DNA of 64,000 nucleotides from Phyllobates terribilis (lineage: Eukaryota). The position numbers and the translations under genes are program-made. Positions 24,519-36,226 of this stretch are shown piece after piece (position 1 is the first letter of the stretch; every line of letters begins with the position of its first letter). Location of the stretch: contig NW_027362770.1 in NCBI RefSeq assembly GCF_046119375.1, forward strand, positions 194,680,001 through 194,744,000, read 5' to 3'. The notes beneath the pieces are model-generated. The model made no database searches and was not told the origin of the DNA. It saw only the letters and a program-made list of their open reading frames with translations.

Positions 24519-26265
24519 TTATGTTACGCTGCTATCATTCGGTGGTGATGAGAAGTCTGGCCCAATCCAGCCCTTGTTCATTTTTATAAGAGTCAGCCTG
24601 TCAGCATTGTCAGTTGACAGGCGGATGCGCTTATCAGTTATAATTCCCCCAGCGGCACTAAAAACCCGCTCTGATAAAACGCTGGCGGCAGGGCAGGCCA
24701 GGACCTCCAAGGCGTAGAGAGCCAGTTCATTGCATGTGTCCAGCTTGGATACCCAATAATTATAAGGCACAGTGGAATCACAGAGGACGTTGGTACGGTC
24801 GGCAAGGTACTCCCTCACCATCTTCCCAAACTTTGCACTCCTTGTGAGAGTACCCCGCGACTCAGGGCCTGTGCGATGGGAGGGTCTGAGAAAACTCTCC
24901 CAGAATTTTGACAGTGTTCCCCTGCCTCAGCTGGATTGAAGTTGTGTCTCTCTCGCCTGTACTCCTTGGTTGTCCAACCAATTGTGACCTCTGCCGCCAG
25001 CATTTTCAGATGGGAATTTTTTTAATAGTTCCGCAATAAGGGCCTTCTGGTACAGCCCCATTTTTGTAGACCTGTCCGCCTCAGGAATAATAGAGATAAA
25101 GTTCTACTTGTAGCGTGGGTCTAGAAGTGTCACCAACCAGTAATGACTGTCACCCAAAATTTTGAGAACGCGAGGGTCATGGGAAAGGCAGCGTAACATA
25201 AACTCAGCCATGCGTGCCAGACTACTAACAGGCAAGACTTCCATGTCCTCACCAAGAGGACGACTGACCATGCCTGGCTGTAGGTTCAGCGGTGTGAGCC
25301 ACAGATCTGCCTGCTCTTTCAGAGCTGTCCACAACTTTTCAGCATTGTGTGGTTTGTCACCTAAGCATATTAGCTTCAGCACAGCCTGTTGCCGCTTGGC
25401 CGAGGCCGTGCTGCAGTGCTTCCCTCTTGTGACTGATGTGGTAATTTCGGAGATGTAGGCTGAAGAGAAGGAGGAGGCTGAGAAGGATGAGGTGCAGGAG
25501 CCGTAGACTGTGGGGGCAACCCTTATTGACTTAGGGCCCACAATCCTTGGCGTCGAGAGGACGCGTTCCATCCCAAGGTCCGACTGGGTCCCCGCTTCCA
25601 CTATGTTAACCTACTGTGCCGTCAGTGAGATGTACCGTCCCTGCCCACAAGCACTTGTCCACGTGTCTGTGGTAAGGTGGACTTTCCCGGTAACTGCGCT
25701 GTTGAGGGCACGGCTAATGATTTGGGACACGTGATTGTGTAATGTGGGGACGGCACACAGGGAGAAAAAGTAGAGGCTGGGGACCGAGTACCGAGGGACG
25801 GCCTCCGCCATGAGGTTGCGGAATGCTTCCGTCTCCACGACGGCGCTGGGACAAGGACGTGGACGTGCTTCCTGATGCTGCTACTTGAGAGTGTGCAACG
25901 ACAGGTGCAGGGCAGGAGGCATCTTCGCATGCACTATGGACAGGCGATTGGCTTGCATGCACAATAGCTGAAGAAGCAATGATGCCACTTGCAGGCACTG
26001 TTCCTGGACCCTGGGGTTCTGCCCACAGAGTCGGGTGCTTTGCTGCCATGTGCCTGATCATGCTGGTGGTGGTCAGGCTGGTTGTTTTGCCACCGATGCT
26101 GATGCTGGCCTGACAGGTGGTGCAAATGGACTTTTTGTGGTTATCGGCAGAGTCTTTAAAAAACAACCCGACTCGGGAAGACCTAACAGTTGTACTGGCA
26201 ACTTCCTTCGTCTTGTTGTTACGGGGAACGGTTGCCTGCCTTCTGTCTATGGCCACCACACTGCT
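24519..26265 (-). pseudogene. hAT transposase, BED finger to C-terminal dimerization domain, disrupted
   Basis: BED finger (ICTTCQASIS...MIRHMAAKHP), catalytic VHLTTDTWTS, hATC domain LACPAASVLSERVFSAAGGIITDKRIRLS; several frameshifts. Confidence 0.9.
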
Positions 26266-26266
26266 T

Positions 26267-27617
26267 TGGGGTAAGTGAAGAGTCTCCGCGAGCTCAAAGA
26301 ACACTGGATTTTGGCTGTTGGAGCTGAAAAGAGGACATCGGTAAACCAGGGGAGGAGTCCTGAGGAGATAATTTGCATATTCCCACTGCATTTTGGGGTA
26401 AGTGAAGAGTCTCCGCGAGCTCAAAGAACACTGGATTTTGGCTGTTGGAGCTGAAAAGAGGACATCGGTAAACCAGGGGAGGTGTCCTGAGGAGATAATT
26501 TGCATATTCCCACTGCATTTTGGGGTAAGTGAAGAGTCTCCGCGAGCTCAAAGAACACTGGATTTTGGCTGTTGGAGCTGAAAAGAGGACATCGGTAAAC
26601 CAGGGGAGGAGTCCTGAGGAGATAATTTGCATATTCCCACTGCATTTTGGGGTAAGTGAAGAGTCTCCGCGAGCTTAAAGAACACTGGATTTTGGCTGTT
26701 GGAGCTGAAAAGAGGACATCGGTAAACCAGGGGAGGAGTCCTGAGGAGATAATTTGCATATTCCCACTGCATTTTGGGGTAAGTGAAGAGTCTCCGCGAG
26801 CTTAAAGAACACTGGATTTTGGCTGTTGGAGCTGAAAAGAGGACATCGGTAAACCAGGGGAGGAGTCCTGAGGAGATAATTTGCATATTCCCACTGCATT
26901 TTGGGGTAAGTGAAGAGTCTCCGCGAGCTTAAAGAACACTGGATTTTGGCTGTTGGAGCTGAAAAGAGGACATCGGTAAACCAGGGGAGGAGTCCTGAGG
27001 AGATAATTTGCATATTCCCACTGCATTTTGGGGTAAGTGAAGAGTCTCCGCGAGCTTAAAGAACACTGGATTTTGGCTGTTGGAGCTGAAAAGAGGACAT
27101 CGGTAAACCAGGGGAGGAGTCCTGAGGAGATAATTTGCATATTCCCACTGCATTTTGGGGTAAGTGAAGAGTCTCCGCGAGCTTAAAGAACACTGGATTT
27201 TGGCTGTTGGAGCTGAAAAGAGGACATCGGTAAACCAGGGGAGGAGTCCTGAGGAGATAATTTGCATATTCCCACTGCATTTTGGGGTAAGTGAAGAGTC
27301 TCCGCGAGCTTAAAGAACACTGGATTTTGGCTGTTGGAGCTGAAAAGAGGACATCGGTAAACCAGGGGAGGAGTCCTGAGGAGATAATTTGCATATTCCC
27401 ACTGCATTTTGGGGTAAGTGAAGAGTCTCCGCGAGCTTAAAGAACACTGGATTTTGGCTGTTGGAGCTGAAAAGAGGACATCGGTAAACCAGGGGAGGAG
27501 TCCTGAGGAGATAATTTGCATATTCCCACTGCATTTTGGGGTAAGTGAAGAGTCTCCGCGAGCTTAAAGAACACTGGATTTTGGCTGTTGGAGCTGAAAA
27601 GAGGACATCGGTAAACC
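26267..27617 (+). repeat. 127-bp tandem monomers (10 full plus about 0.65) forming the CR1 5' UTR
   Basis: Period 127 (GGGGTAAG at 26268, 26395 ... 27538); near-identical units. Confidence 0.95.
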
Positions 27618-27696
27618 GCGCGCCTACCGGCGCGCGCATTTTGAAGCTTTTTTTTTAAGCTTTTTTCACTGTTTTCAGAACATTAACAATAAGAAC

Positions 27697-28659
27697 ATGG
27701 AAGAGTCCAGGAGCCATTTGGTGAGCTGCATATCCTGCTACATGTTCACAGACTTGCCAGTGGAAAAGCCAAACTTCACATGCCAGAAATGCAAGCTTGT
27801 GTCCCTGTTGGAGGAAAAGTTGCGAAATCTAGAAGAGAGGTTAACTACCTTGAAAATCATTAAGGAAGGTGAAGAGTTCTTAGACAGAGCAGAATTATCT
27901 CTTCATGATTCAGAAAGAGAAGAAATTCGAACTGCACCTGACGAAACAGAGGAATGGAAGCCTGTGACCCACAGAAGCAGGAGGATCGAGAGGCAGTCAG
28001 CACCCATACTGCTCAGGAACCAGTACCAGGCTCTCACGCAGGAGAACCATGAAGAAATACAGCAAAATAAGACTTTGCCAGCAATGAATAACCTTGTAAG
28101 CCCTCAGAATCCTCCTGGATGGAGAAAGAAGAATGTTGTGAAGAAAAAACGGAGAGTGGTGGTCATGGGGGATTCCCTGTTAAGAGGAACAGAGGCCGCT
28201 ATCTGCAGACCAGACATAACCTCAAGAGAAATGTGCTGTCTTCCAGGAGCAAAAATTAAAGATGTGTCTGACAGGATATCAAGACTCTTCAGACCTACAG
28301 ATCACTACCCATTCCTGCTAATACATGTGGGGACAAATGACACCGCAAGAAAGGACCTGGAAACCATCTGCAGTGACTTTGAAGACTTAGGCAAGAAAGT
28401 GAAAGAATTGGGAGCGCAGGTGGTCTTCTCATCCATCCTCCCAGTGGATGGCCATGGAACAATGAGGTGGAATAAGATTCTACAGGTGAACAACTGGCTA
28501 CGTCGATGGTGCCGTCAACAAGGATTTGGATTTCTGGATCACGGAATGAATTACCTATACGATGGACTACTTGCTAGAGATGGGGTGCACCTTACGAAGA
28601 CTGGAAAACATGTATTTGGAAGTCGCCTTGCTACACTCATCAGAAGAGCTTTAAACTAG
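27697..28659 (+). CDS. CR1 ORF1p, 320 aa: Cys-finger/coiled-coil plus SGNH esterase-like domain
   Basis: CxxC...CxxC, heptad region, GDSL, GTND and DGVH blocks all present; ends RALN-stop. Confidence 0.9.
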   Translation: MEESRSHLVSCISCYMFTDLPVEKPNFTCQKCKLVSLLEEKLRNLEERLTTLKIIKEGEEFLDRAELSLHDSEREEIRTAPDETEEWKPVTHRSRRIERQSAPILLRNQYQALTQENHEEIQQNKTLPAMNNLVSPQNPPGWRKKNVVKKKRRVVVMGDSLLRGTEAAICRPDITSREMCCLPGAKIKDVSDRISRLFRPTDHYPFLLIHVGTNDTARKDLETICSDFEDLGKKVKELGAQVVFSSILPVDGHGTMRWNKILQVNNWLRRWCRQQGFGFLDHGMNYLYDGLLARDGVHLTKTGKHVFGSRLATLIRRALN

Positions 28660-28781
28660 AACAATGTGGGAAGGGAAGCAAAAGGCCAGAAAAAGCCATA
28701 CAGCTGACAAATACTATTGAGATCTCTGCTACTGGAAGTGGAAAAGAAGAACAAAGACAAAAAAATCTAAATAATAAAAAT

Positions 28782-31571
28782 ATGGGAGGAAGAGAAACCA
28801 ATCACAAACTAAAATGTTTTTATACAAATGCACAAAGCATGGGCAACAAACAAGGAGAATTGGAACTACTAATGCAGGAAAAGGAATATGATGTCATTGG
28901 AATCACTGAAACTTGGTGGGACGATACACATGATTGGAATAAAAGGCTAAAAGGATACAACTTATTTGCAAGAAACAGACTTGATAAACGAGGAGGAGGT
29001 GTTGTATTGTATGTTAGAAAAGCGAATATCTGCACAGAGATTGAAGCTTCAGAGACTGGGAGTTCTGTGGAAACTGTTTGGGTAAGAATACAAGGAGAGA
29101 ACAACGGAAAGGACACCATTGTAGGCATTTACTACAGGCCACCTGGGCAAGCTGAAGATATGGATGAACTCTTTATGTATCAAATGACCAAGTTCTCCAA
29201 AAAATATGACGTAGTGGTCATGGGAGATTTCAACTATCCAGACATTTGTTGGGAATCTCTCTCAAGTAAAACTAACAGGTCAAGCAAATTCTTATCCTCT
29301 CTTGCTGACAACTTTATCTTCCAAAAGGTAGGGGAGAAAACAAGGGGATCTGCTACTTTGGATCTAATTCTTATAAACAGGGAGGAAATGGTTGAGGAGG
29401 TAAAGGTGGCTGGGACCCTAGGAGGCAGCGATCATGCTATTATAGAATTTTGGATAACTAGAGGAGGAAGACATGTGAAGACTCAAACTTCAAGGTTAGA
29501 TTTTAGAAAGGCAGATTTTAAGAGACTCAGAAAGAGAATAGGAGGGATCCAATGGCTGGATGTCCTTAAGGACAAAAATGTCCAGGAAGGATGGGAAATT
29601 TTTAAAAATGAGATTCTCAAAGCACAATCGTTAACAATCCCGAAAAGTAGGAAGAATGGGAAGCATTTAAGGAAACCAGGATGGATGAACACAGAACTTA
29701 AACACATGCTAAAAAGAAAGAAAGAAATGTTTATTAAATGGAAAGAGGGAGGCATATCTAAATAAGATTATAATGCAGTCTGCAGATCCTGTAGGGCACG
29801 TATCAGGTTAGCTAAAGCTGACAATGAATTAAGGCTTGCAAGAGATGTCAAAAGCAATAAAAAAGGATTTTGGGGGTATGTCAAAAGTAAAAGAAAAGTC
29901 AAAGATGCTATAGGATTTTTACAGGATGAAAATGGAGAAATGGTAAGAGAGGATGTTGAGAAGGCCAAACTTTTTAATTCCTATTTTGCATCTGTTTTCT
30001 CTCAGAAAGAAAATGTAACATCAACTGATCTTCACTGTCCTTTTAAAGGAATAGAGGAATCCAAGTTATCAGTAAACAGAAAGATTGTGAGGGTATATTT
30101 AGCTAACATAAATGAGTTCAAGTCTCCAGGTCCAGATGAATTACACCCCAGAGTACTGAAGGAGATTGTAGAAGAAATTTTAGAACCACTCTCCATAATC
30201 TTTGAAAATTCTTGGAGAACAGGAGAAGTCCCAGAAGACTGGAGAAGAGCAAATGTTGTTCCTATCTTCAAAAAGGGGAAGAAGGTGGACCCAGGGAACT
30301 ATAGGCCGGTGAGTCTGACTTCTATACCAGGAAAGATCTTTGAACAAATTATTAAACAACATGTATGTAAGTACATGGATAAGAATGAAGTGATTAACCA
30401 GAGTCAGCATGGGTTTGTAACTAACAAGTCATGTCAGACTAACTTAATTTCCTTCTATGACAGAATCACTGACTGGGTGGATCAGGGAAATGCTGTAGAT
30501 ATAGTATATCTTGACTTCAGCAAAGCATTTGACAAAGTATCTCACATCATCCTTATTGAAAAAATGACCAAGTATGCAATGGACCAGGCAACTGTTAGGT
30601 GGATTCATAACTGGCTTAGTGATCGGACTCAAAGGGTGGTTGTAAATGGCTTCACATCCAGCTGGATGAATGTCTCAAGTGGGGTACCACAGGGCTCCGT
30701 CCTGGGACCTGTATTGTTCAACATCTTTATCAATGATTTAGATGAAGGAATTGAGGGTAAACTGATTAAATTTGCTGATGACACAAAGCTAGGAGGGATA
30801 GCTAATACTAGAGAAGAGAGAGAGAGGATTCAAAAAGACCTAAATAAACTGGAGCAGTGGGCAGCAACCAACAGAATGGTTTTTAACAGGGAAAAATGCA
30901 AAGTACTACATCTGGGCAATAAAAATGAAAAAAGCATATACAGAATGGGAGGAATAGAGCTAAGCAACAGTACATGTGAAAAAGACTTAGGTATACTAAT
31001 AGATCATAGACTGAACATGAGTCAACAGTGTGATGCAGCAGCAAAAAAGGCAAATACAATTCTGGGATGTATTAACAGAAGCATACAGTCTAGATCACGT
31101 GAAGTCATTATCGGTCTTTACTCCTCTTTGGTCAGACCTCATCTGGAATACTGTGTACAGTTTTGGGCACCACATTTTAAAAAAGACATAGACAAACTGG
31201 AGCAAGTTCAGAGAAGAGCGACCAGAATGGTGACTGGTCTGCAAACCATGTCCTATGAGGAACGGTTGCAGGATTTGGGAATGTTTAGCTTGCAAAAAAG
31301 AAGACTGAGAGGAGACTTAATAGCTGTCTACAAATATGTCAAGGGCTGTCACATTGTAGAAGGATCATCTTTATTCTCATTTGCACAAGGAAAGACTAGA
31401 AGCAATGGGATGAAACTAAATGGGAGGAGACACAGATTAGATATTAGAAAAAACTTTTTGACAGTTAGGGTGATTAATGAGTGGAACAGGCTGCCACGAG
31501 AGGTGGTGAGTTCCCCTTCAATGGACGTCTTCAAACAGAGGCTGGACAGACATCTGTCTGAGATGATCTAG
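28782..31571 (+). pseudogene. CR1 ORF2 (APE endonuclease plus reverse transcriptase) with one premature stop
   Basis: YTNAQS, GITETWW, GDFN, SDH (EN); YRPVSL, LDFSKAFD, GVPQGSVLGP, FADD (RT). TAA at 29763-29765, where the paralog at about 22309 has GAA; the frame continues to 31571. Confidence 0.93.
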
Positions 31572-31660
31572 TGAATCCTGCTTTGAGCAGGGGGTTGGAC
31601 CAGATGACCCAGGAGGTCCCTTCCAACTCTACCATTCTATGATTCTATGATTCTATGATT

Positions 31661-32256
31661 CTTCCTGTCTGTTGGGGTGTTCTGCCTCCCTCCCCCTGTG
31701 TGCTGCTCTCCTCGCTCTGCATGTCCTCCTGCCAGGTTGGGTCAGTTACTATATCATCCACCACATCATCTTCCACTTGCACACCCTGGTCCTCCTCCTG
31801 ACTTTTTGGCAATTGGGTCTCATCATCGTCCACCTCTTGTGACACTTTCCCACCGTCGACTTTGTGTGACCATGGCTGCTCAAATATTTGGGCATCGCTA
31901 CACGCGATCTCCTCTTGCCCCGCTTCAAGTGGACCAGGCAAGAGGCCCGAATCTATAAATGGAAAAGTGAACAGCTCTTCAGAGTGTCCAAGTGTGGGAT
32001 CAGTTGTCTCAGGGCACTCGGCATGGTGGGAGGAAGGAGGATCAGGGTGAGGAATATGCGGTCCAGACTCACGGCTACTGAGACTTGACCGTGTGGAAGA
32101 CAGGGTGGTGGTGGTGGCTAAGTGACTGGAAGCATTATCCGCTATCCAACCAACAACCTTTTGACACTGCTCTGTGTTCAATAGTGGTGTGCTGCGGTCC
32201 CCTAGAAATTGGGATAGGAAGGTCAGGCGAGAAGATGTGGGTGTTTGTTGTGGCAT
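31661..32256 (-). pseudogene. hAT transposase N-terminal acidic region
   Basis: ORF 31645-32256 is homologous to the regions preceding the BED finger at 38724-39335 and 44500-45392. Confidence 0.75.
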
Positions 32257-33365
32257 AATTTCAGCTTGTCCTCAGCCTCTGCATGCACCATCACCATCAC
32301 ATCCAGTTCCCGTCCCTTGCCACGTGCCTTGCCCATTTTAAATGGAGGACAGTTTCTTCCACGCTCACTACAAATGACTTAATTAGGAGCAAAGTTATAT
32401 GTGATCCGTGTGACGGAGAAACCACAGTTTTAAATACCTGGCCTGTGGGTAACTGTTTTGAACAGCAAACAGGTGCCCAAAACTTTGCTGACACACTGAA
32501 AAAAAATTTGAATGGAGGCCAGAAATGGCAGAATTTTCAGCATAATTATATGTGATCTGTGTGACGGACAAACCACAGTTTTAAATAGATGGATTTTAGC
32601 TCTTTAATATGGAAAGGACCTGGCTGTATTCTGCAGTGCCAACAAGCAAATGGCGCAGAAAAACCGTGTTCTCTGGATTGCTTTTTAAGCAAATTATGAG
32701 GATTAAAATGCAAAAAAAAAATATTCCTGGCCCCTGAGACATGGGCCTATTTCTAGAAATATGTAACAGCAGCAGAAGGCAGAACTGGAATGGAGCCTCT
32801 TGTGCTATATGCACTGCAGTCTGCTATATACCCTGCCTGCCTGCCTATATACACTGCCTGCCTGATATCTCAGCAGATGGATTAGTCCTCAGAAGGACTG
32901 TTTGTTAAGATGGATATGTGTAATGTACGGTTTTTCTCCCTACACTACGTAATACACAAGAAAATCTCTCCCTGACGCAGCAGCACCTCTTCCTACACTG
33001 TCTGATCCGGAGTGACTGTGACGAGCATGGCGGCGCCAGGTCTGATATACACCTGATGACGCTGTGCGGCCAGCCAATCACTGTAATGCCACAACCAACA
33101 TGGCTACGGCATTACAGTGCATGGCAGGCAATCCCTGCATGTTCATTGACTCTCTAAAGAGCGACAAACATGCAGGGAGGGGACCCAAGTTCCTGCCCGA
33201 GCAATCCCGTAAATACTCGCCGAGCTTGTCGAGCACCATGATGCTCGGGCGAATACCGAGTAGTGGCAAGCACGTTCGCTCATCACTAGTGCCCACTTAA
33301 CATTAAGAAATGTCCTGAGTCTCCCCCATGTACAGCTCCCCTATACATAGTATGATGCTCTCCTA

Positions 33366-36226
33366 TCTATATATATAATTGTCTTATCCCATCTGTCTGT
33401 CTGTCTGTCTGTCTGTCCAGGAAATCCCCCGTCGCTCATTGGTCCGGCAGCGGCCAATCAGCGCCGCGGGATTTCTGAAAAAAGATGGCGGCCGTTAGCG
33501 GCTCATCTGCGGGACGGAGCTCAGCGGCGAAGCAGCCGGGAGATGAGCGCCGCGAGGCGCTCATCTCCCGGCCGGTACCAGCAGAAGGACCCCGACCGCC
33601 GGACCCATCTGCGGGCCGGAGATGCAGCCGGGAAATGAGCGGCGCAAGGCGCTCATCTCCCGGCCGGTAGCAGCGGAAGGACCGCCGGCGTCGCTGACCT
33701 CCATGCGGAAGGGAGGACCAGGGAGCGGCGCTGCGGGTCGGGATACTTCTGCTGCGAGCGCCCGCTCATGTCCCGGGTTCTCGCAGCGGAAGTAGCCGCA
33801 CAGTCAGCACCGCTCCCCGGTCCTCACCAAGACGATTCGATGATTGGTCGCGGTCTTCGGACCAATCACTGATCTTGCGGACAAAGTTAAACACTACTGT
33901 GCTGATTGGTCGCGGACGCTGCCCGCGACCAATCACCGATTTGGGCGCCAAATTTAAATATCGGCCGCGACCAATCAGCACAGCGGTGTTTAAATCTGAA
34001 GCCAAGATCGGTGATTGGTCGCGGCCGATATTTAAATTTGGCGCCCAAATCGGTGATTGGTCACGGGCAGCGTCCGCGACCAATCAGCACAGTAGTGTTT
34101 AACTTTGGCCGCAAGATCAGTGATTGGTCGCGGGCCAAGACCACGACCAATCACCGATTTGTGCGGCACATTTAAATAGCGGCCGCGACCAATTGGATGT
34201 CAGCGCCGCTCCCCGGTCCTCCCTTCACACCCTAGCCGCATGGATGTCAGCGCCGCTGCCTGTGCGGATAGTTCCACTGCGAGAAGCCGGGAGATGAGCG
34301 GGCGCTCGCAGCAGAAGTATCCCGACCCGCAGCGCCGCTCCCCGGTCCTCCCATCACACGCTAGCCGCATGGATGTCAGCGCCGCTCCTCGGTCCTCCCT
34401 TCACACCCTAGCCGCATGGATGTCAGCGGCGCTGCCTGTGCGGATACTTCCACTGTGAGAAGCCGGGACATGAGCGACTGCTCGCAGCAGAAGTATCCGG
34501 ACCCGCAGCGCCGCTCCCCGGTCCTCCCTTCACATCCTAGCCGCTGATGTCCCCACAGTATCTGCATGGTGTTACAAAGGTCCGGACATTTGTGTTAAAA
34601 ATCGTTGATTGGTCGCTGGCGCTGCCCGCGACCTTTCACCGATTTCGGCGCCAAATTTAAATATCGGCCGCGACCAATCACCGATCTTGGCTCCACATTT
34701 AAAAACCGCTGTACTGATTTTTCGCGGACGCTATTTAAATGTGCTGCCCAAATCGGTGATTGGTCGCGCACAGCGTCGGCGACCAATCAGCACAGCGGTG
34801 TTTAACTTTCGCGCGAAGATCACTGATTGGTCGCGTGCAGGGAACGCGACCAATCAGCGAATCGTATTGGTGAGGAGCGGGGAGCGGAATCGTATTAGTG
34901 AGGACCGGGGAGCGCCGCTGCCTGTGCGGATACTTCCACTCCGAGAAGCCGGGAGATGAGCGACTGCTCGCAGCAGAAGTATCCCGACCCGCAGAGCCGC
35001 TCCCCGTTCCTCCCTTCACACCCTAGCCGCTGATGTCCCCACAGTATCCGCATGATGTTACAAAGGTCTGGACATTTGTGCTAAAAATCGCTGATTGGTC
35101 GCCGGCGCTGCCCGCGACCAATCACCGATTTGGGCGCCAAATTTAAATATCGGCCGCGACCAATCATCACAGCGGTGTTTAAATATGGAGCCAAGATCGG
35201 TGATTGGTCGCGGCCGATATTTAAATTTGGCGCCCAAATCGGTGATTGGTCGCGGGCAGCGCCAGCGACCAATCAGCGATTTTTAACACAAATGTCCGGA
35301 CCTTTGTAACACCATGCGGATACTGTGGGGACATCAGCGGCTAGGGTGTGAAGGGAGGACCAGGGAGCGGCGCTGCGGGTCGGGATACTTCTGCTGCGAG
35401 CAGTCGCTCATCTCCCGGCTTCTCGGAGTGGAAGTATCCGCACAGGCAGCGGCGCTCCCCGGTCCTCAATAATACGATTCCGCTCCCCGCTCCTCACCAA
35501 TACGATTCGCTGATTCGTCGCGCTCTCCACACGAGACCAATCAGTGATCTTGGCGCTAAAGTTAAACACCGCTCTGCTGATTGGTCGCGGCCGCTGACCG
35601 CGACCAATCACCGATTTGGGCGCCACATTTAAATAGTGGCCGCGACCAATCACCGATCTTGCCGCGACATTTAAACACTGCTGTGCTAATTGGTCGTGTA
35701 CGCCAGCCGCGACCAATCAGCGAGATTGGCGCCAAATTTAAACAACGCTCTGCTGATTGATCGCGGTCGCTGGCCGAGATCAATCAGCAGTATTTGCGCA
35801 AAGTTTAAACACCACCGCTCTGCTGATTGGTCGCAAACACCGGCCGCGACCAATCTGCGTTTTTTGTGCCAAATTTAAACAACGCTCTGCTGATTGGTCG
35901 CAGTCGCCGGCCGTGACCAATCATCAGTATTGGGGCCAAATTTAAATCCCACTCTGCTGATTGGTCGCGGTCGCCGGCCACTACCCATCAGCATTATTGG
36001 CGCCAAATTTAAACCCCGCTCTGCTCATTGGTCGTGGCCGCCAGCCGCGAACAATCAGCGAGATTGGCGCCAAATTTAAACAATGCTCTGCTGATTGGTC
36101 GCGGCCGTCAGCCGCGACTAATCAGCGATTTTGGCGCAAAATTTAAACACCGCTCTGCTAATTGCTCCCGGTCGGCCGCATACCTATTCTAGAATACCGA
36201 TGCATTAGAATAGGGCCACCATCTAG
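33366..36226 (+). mobile_element. Non-autonomous Helitron (H3)
   Basis: A|TCTATATATA start, (GTCT)n, CCAAT arrays, hairpin plus CTAG at 36223-36226. Confidence 0.9.

Larger units (their letters stand above)
26267..31660 (+). mobile_element. Full-length CR1 LINE
   Basis: Tandem 5' UTR, ORF1, EN-RT ORF2 and (ATTCTATG)3 tail at 31634-31660. The host hAT is contiguous across it (CCACACTGCTT|CTTCCTG; compare 38963-38980). Confidence 0.95.
23326..33288 (-). mobile_element. hAT DNA transposon interrupted by a full-length CR1
   Basis: TIR TAGTGATGAGCGAAC at 33288 (minus); degenerate partner TAGTTAAAGGCGAGCAC at 23326; transposase remnants between. No 8-bp TSD found, so the left boundary is less certain. 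Confidence 0.75.

Noticed and set aside
26267-27617. Ten 112-aa minus-strand ORFs as a tandem gene family, or the array as CRISPR
   Set aside because: They are the same antisense frames repeated with the 127-bp period; there are no unique spacers; the array is the CR1 5' UTR.
23318-33296. 8-bp TSD for the large hAT element
   Set aside because: The flanks CTCCTAAG and GTGCCCAC do not match; the left TIR is degenerate, so the boundary is tentative.
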